From the IMG/VR virus record IMGVR_UViG_3300030372_000392, positions 1 to 43,978 of that record: a stretch of DNA of 43,978 nt; one strand, given 5' to 3'. Both the position numbers and the translations under genes were made by a program. Shown in pieces: positions 37,441-43,978 of this stretch (the first letter of the stretch is position 1; every line of letters starts with the position of its first letter). The notes beneath the pieces are model-generated. The model had not been told where the DNA came from, ran no database searches, and saw only the letters and a program-made list of their open reading frames with translations. Source of the stretch: a virus. Lineage: Duplodnaviria > Caudoviricetes.

Positions 37441-37465
37441 GGATACACCTCTCTTTTTAGCTTGT

Positions 37466-37498
37466 AATATACAAAAGTATATATATATAAATCAAGTA
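37466..37498 (-). promoter_or_regulatory. Promoter TTGATT-N18-TATATT for the portal-capsid operon
   Basis: Intergenic between terL and portal; TACTTG motif. Confidence 0.65.
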
Positions 37499-37503
37499 CT
37501 TTT

Positions 37504-39081
37504 TTATATTTTTTGTCCAGTAACCCAAGAGATAACTCTTTTAGTTGTTTCTTTTACAGGCTTTATTGTTTTGTTTTCTATAAAGTCAATGGCGTTAAAC
37601 TTCTTACTAACAGGAGGTCTGGCTTTATTTATAGCATACCAAAGACCATCTAGTATGTCGTCATTTTTACCTTTTGGAAATTGAAACATTTCATCAACTA
37701 AACTAGAATGACTTCTTTTTATAAACATTTTTCTTCTATTTACTATGGGAGCAAGTAAAGACTCTAGTCTGTCTTCTTTTTTTATACCACTAGGCGGTCT
37801 AACTCCAAGTGCTATTCCCGGAGCCACCTTTCTTTCTTTACTTGAAAGAGCATTGACAGCATCTTTAATTATACCTTGAGCACCAACATGTTCTACGTTT
37901 ACACGTTTTACAGGAGAATATTCTCTTGCGTACTCAAGTATATGCTCAGGCATGTCATACAATGGTAAATGTTCCCTCATGTAGTCTATAACGTATATAT
38001 TTCTATCGCTATCTATTCCTATTACCATTATTATTTGATAGTCACTAGATTCATTAGCTTCGTATGCTAAGTCAACCCCCATATATATGTTTACGGGTAT
38101 AGCATCATCTTTATTTACTATATACGTATACCCATCTCTACTTTCAAATTCATGGTCATAATATTCTAGTCTTTCAGTTTTAAATTTAGCATTCTCTAAA
38201 TCTCTTGCTTCATTTAAGTATTCTTGTGCAAACTTGTGTGCTAATCCAACATCTTCAAATCTTCTTCTTATATCTGCTAACTTTTCTTTACTAAAGTAAC
38301 TGCTCCATAAAACATTACCATCTGAGTCAATTGCTTTATGATACATAACATCCCAAGCATAATCTCTTTTATCTCTCTTAGCCTCAACATATCCATCGTA
38401 TATACTTTGTAAAAAAGAATCGTAGTGAACTATAGTTCCTATTAGCCATATAGAACCTTCATTACCAGCAGAGTTTTCAAGTGCTGGCTCTACAGTAGAC
38501 ATAACCCATTCTTTAATTTCCCTTCTTCTGTCTGGTGTTTTTGTATTTAACTCAGATTCAAAGTCATCTAATATTATTTTTGTATACCTAAGACCTAACT
38601 GAGACCTACCACGAAGTCTTTGAGATGTTCCCTTTGCTATTACCCTATCTCCTTTACTAGTAGTAAATTCTTTTTCTGTCCATTTAGAACCACGTATGTC
38701 ACCAAAGTAATAATTTAAAGCAGGGTTTACTTCTATATGATTTTGTATATATTTTATATGGTCTATTGCTTGAGATTGCTCTTCTGCTACCCAAGCTATA
38801 AATTCTTTTTTACCTTCTGGGTTAAAATATAAATGATATAGTAAAGCTGTTTTAGCAAGAGTTGATTTACTATGACCACGAGGAAGTATAATGCAATTTC
38901 TTTTTTTAGTGTCATCTAAAAGCAAGTCATTTAATTCATAGTGATATGCGGCTGGGGTAGACTTCATAAAGTCTTCAGGTAGAAACAACTGACCAAAAGA
39001 AACTATGTCCCTTCTAGCAAGTTCTAGTACACGTTCTTTTTCTGATACGTTATTTTTATTTATGTTCGGAGCTTTAGGCAT
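37504..39081 (-). CDS. terL: Terminase large subunit
   Basis: PRGHSKST Walker A, LRG, IILDD Walker B, IGT, GVDLA, FPKGKNDDILD. Confidence 0.95.
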   Translation of the reverse strand: MPKAPNINKNNVSEKERVLELARRDIVSFGQLFLPEDFMKSTPAAYHYELNDLLLDDTKKRNCIILPRGHSKSTLAKTALLYHLYFNPEGKKEFIAWVAEEQSQAIDHIKYIQNHIEVNPALNYYFGDIRGSKWTEKEFTTSKGDRVIAKGTSQRLRGRSQLGLRYTKIILDDFESELNTKTPDRRREIKEWVMSTVEPALENSAGNEGSIWLIGTIVHYDSFLQSIYDGYVEAKRDKRDYAWDVMYHKAIDSDGNVLWSSYFSKEKLADIRRRFEDVGLAHKFAQEYLNEARDLENAKFKTERLEYYDHEFESRDGYTYIVNKDDAIPVNIYMGVDLAYEANESSDYQIIMVIGIDSDRNIYVIDYMREHLPLYDMPEHILEYAREYSPVKRVNVEHVGAQGIIKDAVNALSSKERKVAPGIALGVRPPSGIKKEDRLESLLAPIVNRRKMFIKRSHSSLVDEMFQFPKGKNDDILDGLWYAINKARPPVSKKFNAIDFIENKTIKPVKETTKRVISWVTGQKI

Positions 39082-39431
39082 TCTTCACACATCCAGTCTT
39101 TATTAGGAACTATTTCAAATACTTTATTGCCTTGTATCAAAGCAGTTCCTATTGTATACATCCAAGCGTCAACTTCTTCTTTTTTATTATATGCTTTAAC
39201 TCTTCTTCTTTCATATAGACCATGGTCTAAGCCTTCATAATCATCATATCTTTTTAAATCAAAGTCATCAATATCTATTACCTCTACAACCAAACCATTG
39301 CTTTCATCACGAACCATAGCGGCTGGAAAATTTCTATGACCCGGAAACACTAACTCATAACCATCTACTTTCCAAGTATCTCGTCTACCGTTTCTAAGTG
39401 TTCCGTATACTGCTAGTTTACTATTCTTCAT
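39060..39431 (-). CDS. Gamma-glutamylcyclotransferase (AIG2-like)
   Basis: AVYGTLRNG, FPA, D.YEG, YERRRV, AWMY. Confidence 0.88.
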   Translation of the reverse strand: MKNSKLAVYGTLRNGRRDTWKVDGYELVFPGHRNFPAAMVRDESNGLVVEVIDIDDFDLKRYDDYEGLDHGLYERRRVKAYNKKEEVDAWMYTIGTALIQGNKVFEIVPNKDWMCEECLKLRT

Positions 39432-39630
39432 ATAAGTCTTCTTTGAAATGCCAATAGTCTTTTATATCCTCAAGGTAGGTACTATCAACAAAACTAGAAT
39501 AAACTTGATTCTCATAGAATAGGTCATATATATCAGTAGCTATCAGTTGTTTTGACATATCATCTTTTAAGGACATATCATTTTCATCTGCGTTTTCTAA
39601 TACCTTAATGACTATATCATATAGATTCAT
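39421..39630 (-). CDS. Hypothetical acidic protein
   Basis: Coupled ORF. Confidence 0.6.
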   Translation of the reverse strand: MNLYDIVIKVLENADENDMSLKDDMSKQLIATDIYDLFYENQVYSSFVDSTYLEDIKDYWHFKEDLYEE

Positions 39631-40388
39631 TAGCTTTTCAGTTCCCTTTTGGCACTAGCCAGTTTTTTATTTCCACCACTTCCTATAGCGTCTAGTTGCT
39701 CAGGTGAGAAACCTTGAAATACTGTGACGGATTCAGACTTTGTATCGGTATCTTTCATTCCAGCTATAGAAACCAACTCTTTTAATAAAGACACTTTATC
39801 GCTATCTCTAGATGTTGTAGACTCTATTATGTCTTTCATTTTTTCTAAGATATATAATGGGGTTATATCAGCCTCATTCATTATCTTATCTATTTCTTCA
39901 CGTATCAAATTTTTTACCCTTTTAGTGTTCATTAAAAATTTAGCCTCTTTTTCTGCATACTTTCTGCTATTAGCAGGAAATGCACTCATAAAGGCATCTA
40001 CCATATCATCGCCCTTAGCTACATACTTAGCAAATAAAAACTCATTCTTAGTGGCTTTCTTTCTATTCTTTCTAGCATTGTATGCAGTATCATACTTAGG
40101 ACTAAATGTATACATATTCTTTCTCATGTCTCCGGACATTTTATAATTGCCACTACACATAAAAGTACCTATTACTGTTCTGACATAGTCATATTTAATC
40201 CTATCACCTTTCTTTAAAGTATTTCTTTTTAATATCTGACATACTTGACCGTCATCACATAGCACCCAATCTTTTTCTTTTCCATCACGCCAATCAGAAA
40301 CAACCTCAGTATTAGGCATAAACTGATTAAATTCATTTATATTGTCAAATAAAAGATGGTCTTTCTTCTTTATCTTCCTACTTTGCAT
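39630..40388 (-). CDS. Terminase small subunit-like protein with N-terminal extension
   Basis: HTH-like FAKYV..G....AF..AF, then oligomerisation-type helices; upstream of terL. Confidence 0.6.
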   Translation of the reverse strand: MQSRKIKKKDHLLFDNINEFNQFMPNTEVVSDWRDGKEKDWVLCDDGQVCQILKRNTLKKGDRIKYDYVRTVIGTFMCSGNYKMSGDMRKNMYTFSPKYDTAYNARKNRKKATKNEFLFAKYVAKGDDMVDAFMSAFPANSRKYAEKEAKFLMNTKRVKNLIREEIDKIMNEADITPLYILEKMKDIIESTTSRDSDKVSLLKELVSIAGMKDTDTKSESVTVFQGFSPEQLDAIGSGGNKKLASAKRELKS

Positions 40389-41139
40389 TTAGAACTTTAC
40401 CGTCAACAGTACTGACACCATTTACTATTTGATGTATTGTTACATTAAAGTTACCATTCTTGTGAAAGTCTACAATAGCAAATGCATGTTGCCAATTATG
40501 TTGTCTGTTACCAAGCCATTCATTAGCCTCAGCTCTCATATCCTTTAAACACCCTATCGACCACGCTGACTTGACTCCATCAATGTGCGTAATAGAGCTT
40601 TGCTGAATATCGTGATGGTGACCATACATAACATTACCACCGAGACGAAGGAGATGATTACGAGTGTGGCTAACTCCTGCAAAATGATGCCCGTGATAGA
40701 AATTAATCTTACCAATCTTGAGCATTTTTCCGAGCCTATGGTACTTGTATCCACGCTCTTTAAGACGAAGAGCATTTTTAACGAGCATCTCTTTAGCCAA
40801 GTATGGGTTTTCTTCAACAAACCTGTTAAGCCAGTCTTCATGATTTCCCTCCACAAAATGACGTTCCTTGGTTCCTGCCTTATCTAGGGATGCATCTATT
40901 ATATCCATTCCCTTATTAACAGCTTCTATTTCTTTATGTACGAATGGCAATTGATATTCTAATGGAGGTCTTTTTTTCTTTTTCCATTGCCAATGTGAGA
41001 CCGACTCCCATTCTCCTGTATCTCCTAAATCTACGTATATGTCAGGTTTAACAAGTTCTATTGCCTTACATACTACCTTTATAGCTTTTTTATCCTCAAA
41101 TGGAAAATGCTTGTCAGGTGTTACTATTGCTCTCTTCAA
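40378..41139 (-). CDS. Calcineurin-like metallophosphoesterase
   Basis: DKH, LGD, GNHE, HGH, GHHH. Confidence 0.9.
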   Translation of the reverse strand: MKRAIVTPDKHFPFEDKKAIKVVCKAIELVKPDIYVDLGDTGEWESVSHWQWKKKKRPPLEYQLPFVHKEIEAVNKGMDIIDASLDKAGTKERHFVEGNHEDWLNRFVEENPYLAKEMLVKNALRLKERGYKYHRLGKMLKIGKINFYHGHHFAGVSHTRNHLLRLGGNVMYGHHHDIQQSSITHIDGVKSAWSIGCLKDMRAEANEWLGNRQHNWQHAFAIVDFHKNGNFNVTIHQIVNGVSTVDGKVLNAK

Positions 41140-41246
41140 TTAAAAACCCCTTTTATTAATTTAATTAAGCAAATTAAAACTAAGGCTTCTATAAAAAACC
41201 AAAGCTTTCCAGATATCATTGCTACTACTGCAACTGCTGTTCTCAT
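41136..41246 (-). CDS. Small membrane protein (36 aa)
   Basis: AGGAGG RBS; MRTAVAVVAMISGKLWFFIEALVLICLIKLIKGVFN; overlaps both neighbours. Confidence 0.65.
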   Translation of the reverse strand: MRTAVAVVAMISGKLWFFIEALVLICLIKLIKGVFN

Positions 41247-41479
41247 TTATTCCTCCTAAACAATCTAGCAGACTGTCTTATTCTATCATCAGTTATTCCC
41301 GGTATGACTACAGAATCAAAAAACTCACATCCTTTCTCTACTCTACAAGGCTTGCCACTCAGTTTAGAATCTAGAGTAACAAAAACTTTATCATCCTTTT
41401 TACTAAATACACAGCCTATACACTTACCTGCATCCCAGTTAGAGCAATAACTTCTAGCTATGTTTAATATACTTGCCAT
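41243..41479 (-). CDS. Cys-rich small protein, first gene of the leftward operon
   Basis: ATG 41479 after TAGGA; five Cys. Confidence 0.7.
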   Translation of the reverse strand: MASILNIARSYCSNWDAGKCIGCVFSKKDDKVFVTLDSKLSGKPCRVEKGCEFFDSVVIPGITDDRIRQSARLFRRNK

Positions 41480-41491
41480 ATTCCTATAGTA

Positions 41492-41577
41492 AATATATAG
41501 ATATATACAGTAATAGTACAAGTATTATTTATTTTTTAAAAAAGTACTTGCTTTTATAGTGTTTTTGTTAGTAACTT
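41492..41577. promoter_or_regulatory. Divergent promoter pair: leftward TTGTAC-N18-TATATT, rightward TTGCTT-N18-TAACTT
   Basis: At the strand switch; both carry TACTTG. Confidence 0.65.
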
Positions 41578-41661
41578 ATACGGGCTTTAAGCCACGGAAC
41601 TACTTAGTTTACTAAATAAAAGAAAGAAATATATTACTAACGTAATATACAAAGAAAGAAA

Positions 41662-41868
41662 ATGAATGGAAAAGGAGATAGAGATAGGACATCCGATGTT
41701 AATAGGTATCGCAATAATTATGAAAGGATTTTTAAGTCTTCAACCACAAACAGAAGAATTAAATCTAGAGAGTTTGTTTCAAAATGTGAAATGGGAAGAG
41801 ATAGAAGACGTAGTAACGAAGGAATACGAGATAGAGAAGGTAACCCAGACAGCAGGAGTGAGGGGTAA
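41662..41868 (+). CDS. Hypothetical small protein (MNGKGDRDR..YRNNYERIF)
   Basis: First ATG after the promoter; overlaps the next ORF. Confidence 0.45.
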   Translation: MNGKGDRDRTSDVNRYRNNYERIFKSSTTNRRIKSREFVSKCEMGRDRRRSNEGIRDREGNPDSRSEG

Positions 41869-41968
41869 CGAAGCAGAAGACGAGATACTTGACTACCTTT
41901 ATTATAGAGTAAGTTACAATGCGTCCCAAATTCCTCCAAAATTGGCTAAAAAACTAAACATACGATAG
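41666..41968 (+). CDS. Hypothetical protein (true start probably further downstream)
   Basis: ORF track; acidic helical C-terminal half. Confidence 0.55.
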   Translation: MEKEIEIGHPMLIGIAIIMKGFLSLQPQTEELNLESLFQNVKWEEIEDVVTKEYEIEKVTQTAGVRGNEAEDEILDYLYYRVSYNASQIPPKLAKKLNIR

Positions 41969-42082
41969 TATACTAGACTTTTTAATAAAATAGCCATATG
42001 TATACCAAATACAGCCAAATAAAGCTATTCTTAGTTCTTACACTAGGTGCTATTTAAAACTATTTACAAAATATTTTAAAAA

Positions 42083-42115
42083 TACTTGTTTTAATCAACT
42101 TTTTATCAGTATATT
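42083..42115 (+). promoter_or_regulatory. Promoter TTGTTT-N18-TATATT
   Basis: TACTTG motif upstream of ORF 42140. Confidence 0.6.
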
Positions 42116-42139
42116 CAATAAAGGAAAAAGGTTGAAAAA

Positions 42140-42382
42140 ATGAAAACTCAGAAAACTAGGCTTGATAACGCACTAAATAATAATTTTATGGAAGAGAGTA
42201 GCCATATAAATATTAATGAAGCTATAAAACTAGCTATGAAAATGAAAGTAATAGATATTTTAGAGCCTACAAGTAAAACTATAGGTGAATTAGCAGAGAT
42301 AGTAAGCAGACTACAGAACGCAGATTCGCTGGAAATCATTGATATAGAGGTATTTACAAGCAAACTACACTCCTATTCCTAA
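42140..42382 (+). CDS. Hypothetical protein
   Basis: Own promoter and AAGG RBS. Confidence 0.65.
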   Translation: MKTQKTRLDNALNNNFMEESSHININEAIKLAMKMKVIDILEPTSKTIGELAEIVSRLQNADSLEIIDIEVFTSKLHSYS

Positions 42383-42446
42383 AAAATAGCCGTAGATTGT
42401 GTGTCAGCCTTATTAGCGTGATACCCCCCTCCCCATCCCTTTTTGT

Positions 42447-42569
42447 TGAGAATGAGTCTCATTAGCTTTTTGGTTTTTTAATTGAGATTGAATCTCATTA
42501 GCAATAGCCTTATTGATACTGAGTCTCATTAGCAACTAGCTTCCCCAACTGAGATTGAGTCTCATTAGC
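42447..42569. repeat. Array of four Fur-box-like 7-1-7 palindromes, each followed by TTAGC
   Basis: TGAGAATGAGTCTCA (42447), TGAGATTGAATCTCA (42483), TGATACTGAGTCTCA (42514), TGAGATTGAGTCTCA (42550). Confidence 0.85.
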
Positions 42570-42621
42570 ATTAAATACCTCATAGTTAAAATAAACGACA
42601 AAAGCAAGTAATATTTTTTTT

Positions 42622-42641
42622 AATGTGATATACGTCACATT
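42622..42641. promoter_or_regulatory. CRP-family binding site
   Basis: AA-TGTGA-TATACG-TCACA-TT, perfect TGTGA-N6-TCACA core. Confidence 0.75.
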
Positions 42642-42655
42642 GTTAAAATTAACTA

Positions 42656-42685
42656 TTGACTTTTGAAAAACGCTCCAATTATACT
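42656..42685 (+). promoter_or_regulatory. Early promoter TTGACT-N18-TATACT
   Basis: Near-consensus sigma70 hexamers upstream of the early arm. Confidence 0.7.
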
Positions 42686-42776
42686 TTTAATATATTTTTT
42701 TATTTTCTAGGTATTGTCCTATATTATCGCTAGTTTGTCCCGATGAAATTTTTTAAACAACAAGGAGTTAGCCTAA

Positions 42777-42791
42777 TGAGAATGAGTCTCA
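42777..42791. promoter_or_regulatory. Fifth Fur-box-like site in the early leader
   Basis: AA-TGAGAATGAGTCTCA-AT; core identical to the first copy. Confidence 0.75.
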
Positions 42792-42873
42792 ATAAGCTAG
42801 AAATACAGCCTATTAGATAAAATCTAAGAGACATATATCATTAGACAAACTAATAAAAGGAGAAAGAAAGAAA

Positions 42874-43233
42874 ATGGCTACAGCAAAAAAGCTAGAATTA
42901 GCACAGGTTACAAGCTTAAAGAACATAAAAGGATTAACACCTGAGATGTTAAAATCTATTACAGATACGATAGGAGTTAAAGAGGTTAAGAAAGTCGCAG
43001 GAGGTAAGGGCAAACAAGTCCTACACCACTTAAACTCTATGAGCGAATTGACTGAAAGTCAAAAGGAACTTAGGAACGCTCTTGATTCTATGTTTAAAGC
43101 TAAGAAGGTGATAAACTCTAGTAAGGACTTAATAGAGATTTCAAATCATCTATTTGAACTTGAAAAGGGTATATCATTCAACGACAATTGGAGCGACCTA
43201 GCTAAGAAAGGTAAGAAGAAAGAAGAGAAGTAG
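42874..43233 (+). CDS. Hypothetical basic early protein
   Basis: AAGGAG RBS; first substantial ORF after the early promoter. Confidence 0.75.
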   Translation: MATAKKLELAQVTSLKNIKGLTPEMLKSITDTIGVKEVKKVAGGKGKQVLHHLNSMSELTESQKELRNALDSMFKAKKVINSSKDLIEISNHLFELEKGISFNDNWSDLAKKGKKKEEK

Positions 43234-43245
43234 AACATCCAAAAG

Positions 43246-43284
43246 AGTAATTTGAGGGTAATAGAAATATTGCCCTCTATTACT
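43246..43284 (+). other. Long GAAA-tetraloop hairpin
   Basis: AGTAAT-TT-GAGGGTAATA-GAAA-TATTGCCCTC-T-ATTACT. Confidence 0.65.
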
Positions 43285-43369
43285 TAGACTATTCTATAGA
43301 CTTCGTATCTAATAGATGTTAAATAGTAGATGCGAATTTAATAGAAAATAGTTAAATAGTAGGTGCAAA

Positions 43370-43831
43370 ATGAATAGAGAAAATATAATAGTAGATATGG
43401 AATCTCCTACTCCGATTGATTCTTACAGATTTAAAAGTGTAGGTGAAATTAATATCTCTTATAGCAAAGGTCTATCAAGTAAATATTCTATTACAATTGC
43501 AGAAGTAGATAAAAAAGAAGTAGAGATAAAAGACTTTACAGATTGTTTATTACAGATATGGACTATAATAGAAGTAATTAGAGAGAAAGCCTATAAAGAT
43601 AGTAAGATTGTAAATGTTAGAGATGAAGACGCTAGAACAACTTGTAAGAGAATAACTCTTGCTACTACACTTAGTAAGAAAGAGAAAGCTATCGCTCTAA
43701 AGAAACAAGTTGATAGGATAAAATCTTGGAGACGCAAATCGGTAGTAGAGAATAAATATCATAGTAGAGAACGTAAGAAGCTAAACCCGATAATTATACG
43801 ACCAATACTTATAGAAGAAAAAACTTGGTAG
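43370..43831 (+). CDS. Hypothetical early protein
   Basis: AGGTG RBS; 153 aa. Confidence 0.7.
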   Translation: MNRENIIVDMESPTPIDSYRFKSVGEINISYSKGLSSKYSITIAEVDKKEVEIKDFTDCLLQIWTIIEVIREKAYKDSKIVNVRDEDARTTCKRITLATTLSKKEKAIALKKQVDRIKSWRRKSVVENKYHSRERKKLNPIIIRPILIEEKTW

Positions 43832-43855
43832 AAAGATTTAATAGACATAAATTCA

Positions 43856-43978
43856 TAAGGAGGCTATAATGAATGATTAACACTTAATAGGTATAACAGA
43901 AGAATAGAGATACACAACCTTGTATGGTATTAGATTTTATCTAACTAGAGTTCGATTCTCTAGCAAGGTTCTAATAAA
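43856..43978. repeat. Terminal direct repeat, right copy
   Basis: Matches 1-123 with two mismatches. Confidence 0.95.

Noticed and set aside
37478-37489. (AT)n microsatellite as a phase-variable switch in the portal promoter spacer
   Set aside because: The tract is short, the context is AT-rich, the spacer equals the standard 18 bp, and one sequence cannot show variation.
42447-42569. Mini-CRISPR array (with the Cas4-like gene)
   Set aside because: Repeats are ~20 bp and degenerate, spacers only 11-16 nt, a fifth copy stands alone, and there are no other cas genes.
42578-42610. Leftward TACTTGCTT promoter next to the CRP box
   Set aside because: No convincing -10 at 17-18 bp (TATGAG/ATGAGG).
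189-43013. Antisense and shadow ORFs in the track (e.g. 189-374, 1620-1937, 4774-5118, 10915-11256, 14118-14444, 39724-40146, 40585-40887, 42813-43013)
   Set aside because: They lie opposite better-supported genes, show no motifs, and mirror the strand bias.

Overview
The window looks like an essentially complete, AT-rich, ~44 kb tailed dsDNA phage genome with a podovirus-like gene set. Its two ends share a near-identical ~123 bp direct repeat. The + strand arm (~42.87 kb wrapping through 11.8 kb) carries early and replication genes: two Zn-ribbon amidoligases flanking a class II glutamine amidotransferase, a Cas4-like PD-(D/E)XK nuclease, a Rad52/Sak-like annealase, an SSB-like protein, a Holliday-junction resolvase and DnaB. 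The - strand arm (11.8-41.5 kb) carries a phosphoesterase, a TerS candidate, a gamma-glutamylcyclotransferase, TerL, portal, scaffold, major capsid, adaptors, a multi-LamG fibre, an M15 endolysin, a nozzle and ejection proteins. I recognised no integrase, DNA polymerase, primase or methyltransferase. The most notable signals are: (1) five Fur-box-like 7-1-7 palindromes plus a perfect-core CRP box around the early promoter; (2) an early amidoligase/GATase cluster with a late GGCT; (3) a compact tRNA-like element inside the terminal repeat; (4) a ~200 nt structured intergenic RNA candidate; (5) apparent genome-wide avoidance of GATC, CCWGG and GCWGC; (6) six sigma70-like promoters that all have 18 bp spacers; (7) a probable ATT start codon for the portal. 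All family assignments come from reading motifs by eye; no database searches were run.
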